The position numbers and the translations under genes are program-made. This document shows positions 42,768 to 50,533 of a stretch of DNA of 60,242 bases, piece after piece. Source of the DNA: an uncultured Candidatus Saccharibacteria bacterium (GTDB lineage Bacteria; Patescibacteriota; Minisyncoccia; Minisyncoccales; CG1-02-41-26); NCBI GenBank assembly GCA_964383715.1, contig CAYLHU010000001.1:17733-77974 (forward strand), in the 5' to 3' direction. Below the pieces are notes generated by a model. The model did no database searches. It was not told the DNA's origin and saw nothing but the letters and a program-made list of their open reading frames with translations. How positions within the stretch are numbered: the stretch's first letter is position 1; each line of letters opens with the position of its first letter.

Positions 42768-43085
42768 CTATAGTAATTTTTTTTGGCAAAAAAGATTATT
42801 TGTTTCCTGCCCAATTTTTTTGCCTTTATCCGTTAAAGAAATAAAAGTGTTTGATCCCCCTTTAATTAATTTTCTTTCTCTTAAGTCCCTTAACGGACGG
42901 TCCAACTTTCGGGTGTCTGGCCACTTTGGATTATTTTTCAGGGAAAAAATTTCCGGGAAACAGCCGAAACATTTTTTAACTAAGTTTTCAAAAGTTTGTT
43001 TTTTGCTGTCATTTGAATAGAGAACAAAAAGAATTAAATTCTCCATACTCAACTTCATTATTGAATTAATCCTTTCTCTAACCAT
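42768..43085 (-). CDS. Hypothetical protein, possibly winged-helix
   Basis: Intact ORF with a basic C-terminal half. No confident family. Confidence 0.35.
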   Translation of the reverse strand: MVRERINSIMKLSMENLILFVLYSNDSKKQTFENLVKKCFGCFPEIFSLKNNPKWPDTRKLDRPLRDLRERKLIKGGSNTFISLTDKGKKIGQETNNLFCQKKLL

Positions 43086-43133
43086 ATTGCTAAGATTATA
43101 CCATTAATCTCCCTAAAAGTCGCCTTTTTTAAT

Positions 43134-43688
43134 TTATAAACCCAAATCTCTATCAATCCCCTGCATTGCTCTAAGGGCTATCTCTATAAGTTCTTCTAAA
43201 GTTAAATTTAGATATTCTTGACACTTTTTAATAATTTCTCGATTGACTCCTTGAGCAAAATTTTTTTCTTTAAAATGTTTCAAGATAGACCTTGATTCAA
43301 GGTCGCTTATTTTTTTAGAAGGTAAAACTAAAGTGGAAGCCACAATCAAGCCGGTGAGTGGGTCGGAGACAAAAAGCGCTTTTTCCAATTGTGTTTCCGG
43401 GAGAATTCCATGGGCTTCATTGTGAACTCTAACGGCTTGGCAAATATCCACCTCCAGTCCTGCTTCTTGAAGCATTTGAGCGCCAATAAGGGAGTGTTCC
43501 TTAAGGTCGTCTTTGACTTTTTCGTAATCAATATCGTGTAAAAGCCCAGTTAACTTCCACTTTTCTTTATCTTCCCCAAAATGAAATGCTAAATCACCCA
43601 TTACCGCCTCTACGGCAAAACAATGCTTTCGTAAGTTTTCGTTAGAAATATTTTCTTTTAATAATTTTAAAGCCTGTTCTCTATCCAT
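43134..43688 (-). CDS. HD-domain phosphohydrolase
   Basis: HCFAVEAVM ... GLLHDIDYE (H...HD motif). Confidence 0.8.
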   Translation of the reverse strand: MDREQALKLLKENISNENLRKHCFAVEAVMGDLAFHFGEDKEKWKLTGLLHDIDYEKVKDDLKEHSLIGAQMLQEAGLEVDICQAVRVHNEAHGILPETQLEKALFVSDPLTGLIVASTLVLPSKKISDLESRSILKHFKEKNFAQGVNREIIKKCQEYLNLTLEELIEIALRAMQGIDRDLGL

Positions 43689-43749
43689 AATTTTATTTTC
43701 TTAAATAAATTTAATTTTTCTGTTTTGGTAAAAAACATCAATCTTTGTT

Positions 43750-44298
43750 TTATTTATATTGCCAAAAATTATTTGTTTTGATTTGATATACATCTTTCAA
43801 GGTATTGTTATCTAATTCACGAATTAAAAATTTTTCTATCGCTTTATAAAAATCATCTGCTGATGATTTTTCTCTCAAGTTTTGAAAATTTTCTTGGGTT
43901 AATAATTCGTAAGTAAATTCAAAAATAGTTTCTTTGTTTTTATCAATAATACATTTTAATTCTGTCGAATCTGTATCTTTATTGGTGCTTTTATTGTAGT
44001 TTATTTCGTGTTTTATCACAAATCGGTCACCATAAACCTCTTCTAAGGTTTTTATGGATGCTTGGACTGATAGATTACCAGTATTTTTTAGTTCTAATCG
44101 TTTCCCAAATTTATCAAGTAAAAAACCTAAAAACTCATCTCCCCACGATGGTGTAAATGTTATTACGCCTTCAAAATCAACAATAATTTTTTCAGTTTTT
44201 TTAATTTCTTTTAGAGATGGCTTAAAAGCAGCTAAAGCCTCTCTGCCAAATTGTCTGCTGTTTAATGTTGAACCGAATTTTTTCAAGTATATTGTCAT
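43750..44298 (-). CDS. STAS-like (DUF4325-like) protein with a C-terminal extension
   Basis: The N-terminal 95 aa match the DUF4325 pattern as I recall it (IIVDFEGVITFTPSWGDEFLG). Sits 4 nt downstream of the GHKL ATPase gene. Confidence 0.55.
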   Translation of the reverse strand: MTIYLKKFGSTLNSRQFGREALAAFKPSLKEIKKTEKIIVDFEGVITFTPSWGDEFLGFLLDKFGKRLELKNTGNLSVQASIKTLEEVYGDRFVIKHEINYNKSTNKDTDSTELKCIIDKNKETIFEFTYELLTQENFQNLREKSSADDFYKAIEKFLIRELDNNTLKDVYQIKTNNFWQYK

Positions 44299-44302
44299 AT
44301 TA

Positions 44303-45040
44303 TTAAAACTTAATTAATACTAAACATCCTTGTAGATAGACATTTGATTTATTAATATCTAAATTTGCGCTATATTCTTTAATTTTAAGTATTGCATCGC
44401 CAGTATAAAATATTAAACTTATTTGGTTTGACATAATAACTTTTTTAACAAATTTTAGGCCATTACCCCTATATTCTGGTGCGCGGCCAGAAACAACTTC
44501 GGTAAAAGCAACTTTTAATGCTTCTTGGTGATTTAAAAGTTTTGGCCTTGCTTTTCTTAAAGTTTTTAAAATACCTTGTCCTCTGTCTGCTAAAACAATC
44601 CGTTTTTTAATTAAATCATAAGCAAAAAATATACCCGACATATCAGGCCAATTGCCAAGATTATGGTCAAAAGAATTATTACCAATTTCACCGGCAATAG
44701 CTGTAATTAATGGAAACATTTTCTTCAATCTTTCTACTTTTCCCAAATCATTTTCTAATTTTGATAATCGCGCCTGAAAAACTGATATATCTTGGCAATA
44801 AAAAAGAGATGGTATTTCGCTTTCAGATTTACTAACAGCCCATCTTTTAGCCGATTTGAACAAGTCACTTGTATTGTCTCTAATAAATTCTTCTACAACA
44901 AATCTTTTATAATATCTATGGTCTCCCTTTTTTTGGCGAATAGAAACCAGCTTGCCTGATTTATCCCATCTACGGAGAGTTTGGATAGAAACTCCAGCTA
45001 TACTCGCCACTTGACCTATTGTTAGTAATTTTGACTCCAT
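44303..45040 (-). CDS. MerR-type HTH fused to a GHKL (HATPase_c) ATP-binding domain
   Basis: LLTIGQVASIAGVSIQTLRRWDKSGKL (MerR HTH). N-box EIGNNSFDH, G1 box ADRGQGI and G2 box GNGL. The start at ATG 45040 (MESKLL) is preferred. Confidence 0.7.
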   Translation of the reverse strand: MESKLLTIGQVASIAGVSIQTLRRWDKSGKLVSIRQKKGDHRYYKRFVVEEFIRDNTSDLFKSAKRWAVSKSESEIPSLFYCQDISVFQARLSKLENDLGKVERLKKMFPLITAIAGEIGNNSFDHNLGNWPDMSGIFFAYDLIKKRIVLADRGQGILKTLRKARPKLLNHQEALKVAFTEVVSGRAPEYRGNGLKFVKKVIMSNQISLIFYTGDAILKIKEYSANLDINKSNVYLQGCLVLIKF

Positions 45041-45220
45041 AAATTGAAACTTATTTTCCGTAAACCTATACAAATTCCATATAAACCTATACATTATAAG
45101 TATATATTTTAGATAAATGTTTGTCAAATCAATATTTATCAAAAAAATGAAGAAAAAATACGGAGGTCAGACCTCCGTATTTCCCCATCCCACTGTTCGC
45201 TATTTATTGCTCACTACCTA

Positions 45221-45433
45221 CTATCCCAACTCTCCGATTAATTTTTTCTTTTTGCTGAAAATAAAAATATAAAGAATAGGCAAAATCGCCAAACTATTAA
45301 TTATTAGAAGGGCGACAAACCACCATTTTTGGGCTCTTTGAGCGGCTTTCCATAATGCCACTCCCTTCCAAGGGATAACCCAAGCGACTATTAAAAACAA
45401 AACCCATTGATTTTCAAATATAAATTGTCCCAT
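45221..45433 (-). CDS. Small two-TM membrane protein (hypothetical)
   Basis: WKGVALWKAAQR ... two hydrophobic helices and a Lys-rich end. Confidence 0.5.
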   Translation of the reverse strand: MGQFIFENQWVLFLIVAWVIPWKGVALWKAAQRAQKWWFVALLIINSLAILPILYIFIFSKKKKLIGELG

Positions 45434-45493
45434 AATTTTATTTTTTAACTAAAATTAACTGCTTAAATTACGGAGGTCAGACCTCCGTAATTT

Positions 45494-45652
45494 TTATGTC
45501 TCTTTTTTAAGAAACAAGTATATCGTAGCATTCTCTCCGTAGCCTTCTAAAATGGTGCCACATAATTCCCACCCATCTATCCCAAGATCGTTAAGCACTT
45601 TCTCTGCTTTTGATCTATGAACTGAAATTATCTTGTACTGATGTTTTTTCAT
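45494..45652 (-). CDS. Small DUF4177-like protein (52 aa), absent from the ORF track
   Basis: My translation is MKKHQYKIISVHRSKAEKVLNDLGIDGWELCGTILEGYGENATIYLFLKKET. The LNxLGxxGWEL pattern is characteristic of DUF4177 as I recall it. Confidence 0.55.
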   Translation of the reverse strand: MKKHQYKIISVHRSKAEKVLNDLGIDGWELCGTILEGYGENATIYLFLKKET

Positions 45653-45658
45653 ATTTTT

Positions 45659-45928
45659 TTAATTAAGTCCTCGACTTTTATATTTATTTTTAATAATGAG
45701 AATCCCACTAACGATTAACATAGCACCAATTGAAATTGATAAAAGGGTGTTAGGATAATAAAAATAAGCTACTCCTACTATCTTCTCAGCTCCCACTGCA
45801 GGTAAACGAAGACCATAGCTAGTTCTATAGGAAAAGCCAAAAATGTTATATGCACAAAGTCCTGTGCCAATTATAATCATTATTGCTCCTAAGTATTGTT
45901 TTATAAATTTCTTAATTTTTTCTCTCAT
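45659..45928 (-). CDS. Small membrane protein (hypothetical)
   Basis: The start at ATG 45928 (MREKIKKF) is preferred. The sequence upstream of it is a duplicated non-coding leader, also found upstream of the DUF3800-like gene. Confidence 0.45.
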   Translation of the reverse strand: MREKIKKFIKQYLGAIMIIIGTGLCAYNIFGFSYRTSYGLRLPAVGAEKIVGVAYFYYPNTLLSISIGAMLIVSGILIIKNKYKSRGLN

Positions 45929-46207
45929 AAATTTATTTTTCGCTCTTTCTTTTAAAATACTCCCTTTTTCATCTTTTATCAATCCTTTTGGAGAAGAATA
46001 AAAGATGACTGGGTTAAACCCAGTCATCTTTTGTCGTTGTCCACTAACATTAAATTACCGGGGTCAGACCTCGGTATTTTAATAATATGATAAAATTTGA
46101 GCGAAGCGAAAATTTGCAGCAGGGGCGGCAGGGCGCTACGAGATAAATCTCGTCTTTCCCTTTGCCCTACCATAAAATAAAAAACACATTTAGTGTTTTT
46201 TATTTTA
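45929..46207 (-). repeat. Duplicated leader module, copy L
   Basis: Aligns with 47619-47949, apart from an extra roughly 50 nt in copy R. It holds two hairpins and a 17-nt fragment of the tRNA-Trp 3' end (46117-46133). Confidence 0.85.
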
Positions 46208-46283
46208 TGGCAGGGGCGGCAGGGATCGGACCTGCAACCTTTGGTTTTGGAGACCAATGCTCTTCCAGTTGAGCTACACCCCT
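46208..46283 (-). tRNA. tRNA-Trp (anticodon CCA), copy 1, CCA encoded
   Basis: AGGGGTGTAGCTCAACTGGAAGAGC, anticodon arm TTGGT-CTCCAAA-ACCAA, and 3' end CGCCCCT-G-CCA. The T-loop reads TCCGATC, so C sits at the usually invariant U55 position. Confidence 0.8.
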
Positions 46284-46310
46284 AATTTTTCATAAAATTA
46301 TAATATTTTC

Positions 46311-46661
46311 TTACGCTTCTTTGTCTTTCTTTAAGTTAGCGCAATAGGCAAAATGAAAAAAATACTTGTCTAAGTCCTTTAAAGAGCTTTTATATTCTTT
46401 TCCTCCCGAAATTGCATCTAAAAAAACTTCTCTGGCTCGAGCAATTTCTCGCAATCGTTCTATCCAACGGGGGTCCCCTAATGTTAGGTCAAAAAGTTCA
46501 AGGGTTCGAGACACGGCATTTTTGAAGTTATCTTGATTTTCATTTTTCCAGCGAAGCACTCTACTCACTTCGCTCCCGATATTCCCGAGTTGCTCACAAA
46601 GAGAAAGATTTTGCCAACCTCCCGAAGATAATTCTTTATGAATGGATTTATAATTTTCCAT
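46311..46661 (-). CDS. Hypothetical all-alpha protein, paralog 1 (possibly MazG-like NTP-PPase superfamily)
   Basis: About three quarters of residues are identical by eye to 48050-48400. The motif CEQLGNIGSEV weakly resembles the MazG EExGE helix. Confidence 0.5.
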   Translation of the reverse strand: MENYKSIHKELSSGGWQNLSLCEQLGNIGSEVSRVLRWKNENQDNFKNAVSRTLELFDLTLGDPRWIERLREIARAREVFLDAISGGKEYKSSLKDLDKYFFHFAYCANLKKDKEA

Positions 46662-46767
46662 CTAATTAATAATTAATTTATTAACGATATTTTTTATTTT
46701 TTCTTTTGACATAATTTTTGAGTTAGTTTGATTTAAGAGCTTTTATTTTGATTTTAGTAATTTTGGG

Positions 46768-46795
46768 CTTGACAAGGTTATATAAATTACTATAC
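46768..46795 (+). promoter_or_regulatory. Sigma70-like promoter overlapped by a perfect inverted repeat
   Basis: TTGACA-16 nt-TATACT. The palindrome tactatact-gta-agtatagta (46787-46807) covers the -10 box and the likely start site. Confidence 0.5.
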
Positions 46796-46815
46796 TGTAA
46801 GTATAGTATTGAGAA

Positions 46816-46855
46816 AGGGCGTCGGCTCGATTGGCCGATGGCCCTTTTTCTTTTT
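46816..46855 (+). terminator. Intrinsic terminator, stronger in the plus orientation
   Basis: gggc-gtcggc-[tcgattg]-gccgat-g-gccc followed by tttttcttttt. On the minus strand the trailing run is only tttctc. Confidence 0.6.
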
Positions 46856-47618
46856 ACTCTAATTTACTATCGTCATGATGAAAATGAATGTTAAAAGTAT
46901 AATTTCTAAAATTATTCGTTAGTGTTTTGACGCCTAAATTCTCCTTAAATCTTTCCACGAATTTTCCTTTATATAAAGATGGTTTATCAATAATTTTTTC
47001 TTTAAGTAGTAGTTCATAGTTTATTGAACCAATTAACAAATCTGTTAATTGTAATAAGTCATTTGTTTTTGAATCCAAACGGCAAACTCCGGCAATGGCT
47101 AATCTTTTAAACTTGTTATTTACGCTATTTTTAACATTAACCTCAAACTTTATAATTTTTGGTGCAGTCATATCATCTGCTAAAACTATTAAAACCTCGT
47201 TTTTGCCTAAATTTCCTATTAATAATTGTTTAACGATTTGCTCATAAGCAATCCAAGGATTTTCGTTAAACTCTTTTTTGAAATACTCACTTCTCTTGTC
47301 TATTGTATAAGAAGCAAATTTCACACTTTTTGTTTCAAATAAAGTGTCCAAAACTTCTGATGCAATATTTATTTTAACTTTATTCAGATTATTAAATTTC
47401 AATTCCCACCAAAACCTATTTTTAGACCTAATATATTTTATTTTTTGTTGCAGGTAATATGGTTGTGAGCATTTTATCATTCCAACCGTAAAATACGGTT
47501 GGCTTTTTATGTCTAAAGTTCCTGATTCGTCAATAAAACAAAAAGGTGTCCAAATATTTTTATAGTCAGCTAAAGCTAATGCTTTATTTGTTTCTTTTTT
47601 ATTAAGATTATCAACCAT
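46854..47618 (-). CDS. DUF3800-like protein
   Basis: N-terminal FIDESG and C-terminal DSKTNDLLQLTDLLIG match the DUF3800 pattern as I recall it. Confidence 0.6.
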   Translation of the reverse strand: MVDNLNKKETNKALALADYKNIWTPFCFIDESGTLDIKSQPYFTVGMIKCSQPYYLQQKIKYIRSKNRFWWELKFNNLNKVKINIASEVLDTLFETKSVKFASYTIDKRSEYFKKEFNENPWIAYEQIVKQLLIGNLGKNEVLIVLADDMTAPKIIKFEVNVKNSVNNKFKRLAIAGVCRLDSKTNDLLQLTDLLIGSINYELLLKEKIIDKPSLYKGKFVERFKENLGVKTLTNNFRNYTFNIHFHHDDSKLE

Positions 47619-47949
47619 AAATTTATTTTTCGCTCTTTCTTTTAAAATACTCCCTTTTTGTCTTTTATCAATCTTTTTAGAGAAGAATAAAAAATGACTG
47701 GGTTTAACCCAGTCATTTTTTGTCGTTGTCCTACCAGTATTAAATTACCGGGGTCAGACCTCGGTATTTTAATAATATTATAAAATTTGAGCGAAGCGAA
47801 AATTTGCAGCAGGGGTGGCAGGAGGCGATGAGAACGAAGTTCTCATCTTGACTTCTCGCTACGCTCGTCGCGTGCTACGAGATAAATCTCGTCTTTCCCT
47901 TTGCTCTACCATAAAATAAAAAACGCATTCAGCGTTTTTTACTTTTCAG
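47619..47949 (-). repeat. Duplicated leader module, copy R, with an inserted hairpin element
   Basis: Same as copy L, plus an insertion at about 47823-47875 that contains gatgagaacgaagttctcatc. The tRNA 3' fragment lies at 47807-47822. Confidence 0.85.
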
Positions 47950-48022
47950 CAGGGGTGGCAGGGATCGAACCTGCAACCTTTGGTTTTGGAGACCAATGCT
48001 CTTCCAGTTGAGCTACACCCCT
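47950..48022 (-). tRNA. tRNA-Trp (anticodon CCA), copy 2, no encoded CCA
   Basis: Same sequence as copy 1 except for a canonical TTCGATC T-loop, a T6-A67 pair in place of T6.G67, and a 3' flank of CTG instead of CCA. Confidence 0.85.
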
Positions 48023-48049
48023 AATTTTTCATAAAATTATAATATTTTC

Positions 48050-48400
48050 TTACACTTTTTTATCTTTTTTTAAGTTAGCGCAATAGGCAAAATGAAAGAA
48101 ATATTGTTCTAAGTCCTTTAAGGAACTTTTGTATTCTTTTCCTCCCGAAATTGCGTCTAAAAATACTTCTCTAACTCGACCGATTTCTCTCAATCTTCCT
48201 TTCCAACGAGGGTCATCTAATGTTAAGTCAAAGAGTTCTAATGCTCGTTCAACTGCACCCCGAAAAAGATTTTTGTCTTTTCCTTGCCACCTATATGCTC
48301 TGCCGACTTCACTCCCGATATTCCCGAGTTGTTCGCAAAGAGAGAATTTTTGCCATTTTCCTGAATATAATTCTTTATGAATGGGCTTATAATTTTTCAT
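48050..48400 (-). CDS. Hypothetical all-alpha protein, paralog 2
   Basis: The start at MKNYKPIH (48400) gives a length matching paralog 1 and avoids overlap with the upstream MazG gene. Confidence 0.5.
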   Translation of the reverse strand: MKNYKPIHKELYSGKWQKFSLCEQLGNIGSEVGRAYRWQGKDKNLFRGAVERALELFDLTLDDPRWKGRLREIGRVREVFLDAISGGKEYKSSLKDLEQYFFHFAYCANLKKDKKV

Positions 48401-48444
48401 TTTACTATTTTTAAAAAAACAAAGGGAATAATTGCAAACATTAC

Positions 48445-48783
48445 TTACTCGTTCCAATCTTTTCTTTTGTTTTTTTTGGCGGTTTCTTTAGAAAAACCTT
48501 TAGGGTGTCTTTTTTGAAGTTTTTTTATATTTTCTTTTAAAATATCCTCTATGTCCCAACCGAAGAAATCACAAATCATCGCCACATACCATATAGTATC
48601 TCCTAAATTTTCTCTTATCCCATTTTTTTGATTATCTTCGTGAGAAAATGTTTTTTTAATACAACCAGCAACATCTCCAGCTTCTCCCGCAATTCCCAAT
48701 CCCCAAGTTAGAATCTCTTTTTCTTTGTTTTCAAATTTTTTAGCAGTTTTTTTACAAAGTTTTTGATATTCTTTTAATTTCAT
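48445..48783 (-). CDS. mazG: MazG-like nucleotide pyrophosphohydrolase
   Basis: GLGIAGEAGDVAGCIKK ... LGDTIWYVAMI ... NIKKLQKRHP. Confidence 0.7.
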   Translation of the reverse strand: MKLKEYQKLCKKTAKKFENKEKEILTWGLGIAGEAGDVAGCIKKTFSHEDNQKNGIRENLGDTIWYVAMICDFFGWDIEDILKENIKKLQKRHPKGFSKETAKKNKRKDWNE

Positions 48784-48802
48784 AAAATTATTTTTTATTT
48801 TT

Positions 48803-49366
48803 TTATTCTTTTGTATTACTTAAAAAAATTTTTAAATTTAAAAATTTAATTTCTTCCCTATTATTTTTCAAGTCCTTGAAAGTAAACTTTTGCGTTTCTT
48901 TGTCAAAAGACACACAACAATCTTTAATTACGATGATATCAAAGTTCCTGTCATAAGCCCCCTCTATTAAACTTCTTACACAAAGATTAGTTAAAATCCC
49001 GCAAACTATGATTTGTTTAGTTTTTTGTAATTCTTTTTCCAAATTAGTTTTTAAGAATGAGTCAATTTTGTATTTTGTAATAATTGTATCAGAATTTTTT
49101 TTATGAATCTTGTCAATAATTTCAACATTTTCAGAATTTTCAATAAAGGTTTTTTTTGAATTCTTTTCTATGTGGCGTATGAATATTACCTTATATTTAT
49201 TTTTTCTGCAAAAATCAATAAGATTATTAACTTTTTCTATAACCTGTGATATGTCTCCAATAAAATAATCCGAATTTTTATTAATCCACTCTTTTTCAAA
49301 GTCCACGAGAATTAATGCTTTTATGTCCAAATTCTTTATTCTTTTTATTTCTTTTTCCTTATCCAT
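48803..49366 (-). CDS. Isochorismatase-family cysteine hydrolase
   Basis: ALILVDFE, a conserved K in ITKYKIDSF, and GILTNLCV (catalytic Cys). The start at ATG 49366 is preferred. Confidence 0.7.
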   Translation of the reverse strand: MDKEKEIKRIKNLDIKALILVDFEKEWINKNSDYFIGDISQVIEKVNNLIDFCRKNKYKVIFIRHIEKNSKKTFIENSENVEIIDKIHKKNSDTIITKYKIDSFLKTNLEKELQKTKQIIVCGILTNLCVRSLIEGAYDRNFDIIVIKDCCVSFDKETQKFTFKDLKNNREEIKFLNLKIFLSNTKE

Positions 49367-49392
49367 ATTTTTTATTTTTTTCTCTAAAATGC

Positions 49393-49420
49393 TTGACAAA
49401 TTATAGTGGTGTGATATGAT
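49393..49420 (+). promoter_or_regulatory. Sigma70-like promoter for the 49497 ORF
   Basis: TTGACA-16 nt-TATGAT. AAGGAGGG lies 6-7 nt before the ATG. Confidence 0.6.
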
Positions 49421-49496
49421 ACAACCAGAACTGGAGCTGGCAAATATTCGGCTTCAAATGACAATTTAAACAATTAAATTATAAAGGAGGGTTGTA

Positions 49497-49757
49497 ATGA
49501 AATACCCGGAAAGTTTAGTAAAGAGGATCAGGGAAGAGTTCTCAGAAAAACATCTTCTGTTCGCGTTAGATCAGCAGAATACTCGCTTCGTGAGTGTCTT
49601 CCTCGAAGATAATTGTCAAGACGGCTTTGATCTTTTGGCCGAAAAAGTCCTTGTCGCTCTAAATGAAGGTGACTTGTTGATCATTAGGGAAGCGGCAGAG
49701 AAAGCGATCCGTCGAAAAAAACTTTATGAAGATTGGTTAAAGTATCTTCAGGAGTAG
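49497..49757 (+). CDS. Small hypothetical protein (86 aa)
   Basis: Own canonical promoter, strong SD and a plausible terminator (about 49790-49822). More G+C-rich by eye. Confidence 0.5.
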   Translation: MKYPESLVKRIREEFSEKHLLFALDQQNTRFVSVFLEDNCQDGFDLLAEKVLVALNEGDLLIIREAAEKAIRRKKLYEDWLKYLQE

Positions 49758-49834
49758 TAAATATCAACTATTCGGCATTAACTACCCTATGGCCCTGCGA
49801 TAACATCAACGGGCTTTTTCATTTCGTAGTTTTT

Positions 49835-50035
49835 AATTATTTACGAGTTTTTGCGAAGCAAGTCAAAGATTTTTTTTCAAAAATCTTTTCCACTCACTTG
49901 CTCCGCAAGTTCGTAAGCGAGTCAATCGATGAGGGTTCCACCCTCATCTTTACAAGCTCACTTTGTTCGCTTGTAGATGAAAGTACTCTTTCATCGCAAA
50001 TCACTGACATTCTAACATTCCAACAATTCCAATAT
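49835..50035. repeat. Hairpin-element array downstream of rpmG
   Basis: The composite module acgagtttttgcgaagcaagtcaaaga...tcttttccactcac is shared with 9705-9790 and 17250-17330. Also gatgagggttccaccctcatc and gatgaaagtactctttcatc. Confidence 0.85.
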
Positions 50036-50040
50036 TTCCC

Positions 50041-50202
50041 CTACTTCTTCCCTTCCTTATGTAAAACATGCTTCTTGCACCACTTGCAAAACTTCTTCAG
50101 CCCTAATTTTTCTTCAACTCCTTTTGATTTGTTGACCCTATAATTAACTCTTTTACATTCAGAGCATTGGAGTTTTATAAAGGGTTTCTTTTTTTTAGCC
50201 AT
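50041..50202 (-). CDS. rpmG: 50S ribosomal protein L33, absent from the ORF track
   Basis: My translation is MAKKKKPFIKLQCSECKRVNYRVNKSKGVEEKLGLKKFCKWCKKHVLHKEGKK. It has the CxxC...CxxC zinc ribbon and the LELKKFC-like motif typical of L33. Confidence 0.85.
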   Translation of the reverse strand: MAKKKKPFIKLQCSECKRVNYRVNKSKGVEEKLGLKKFCKWCKKHVLHKEGKK

Positions 50203-50319
50203 AATTTTTTAATTATTTACCCAAACAAAGTGAAATGTGAAAAAAGATACTATGAGATCTTGTCTTATCTTGTCTCGCCTACTATGCGGGATTATAAACA
50301 AAGTTCTCTTATCATTATA

Positions 50320-50392
50320 AGCCGAGACGCGGGGTTGAACCGCGGACCTCGTTATTACCAATAACGTGCTCTACCAACTGAGCTATCTCGGC
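50320..50392 (-). tRNA. tRNA-Thr (anticodon GGU)
   Basis: GCCGAGATAGCTCAGTTGGTAGAGC, anticodon arm CGTTA-TTGGTAA-TAACG and T arm CGCGG-TTCAACC-CCGCG. Confidence 0.85.
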
Positions 50393-50448
50393 AGATAAAT
50401 AAAAAGATTATTTATCATTTATTAATAATCATTTATTAATAATTATTA

Positions 50449-50533
50449 TGGGTGCGGTCGGAGTCGAACCGACGGGGCTCAAAAGAACAACTGTTTTACA
50501 GACAGATCCCACCCCCTATGGGACTACGCACCC
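50449..50533 (-). tRNA. tRNA-Tyr (anticodon GUA), long variable arm
   Basis: GGGTGCG acceptor, anticodon loop CTGTAAA, a long extra arm and T arm GTCGG-TTCGACT-CCGAC. Confidence 0.8.

Noticed and set aside
49733-50143. 136-aa plus-strand ORF
   Set aside because: It runs through the hairpin array and antisense across rpmG, which has an unmistakable L33 sequence on the other strand.
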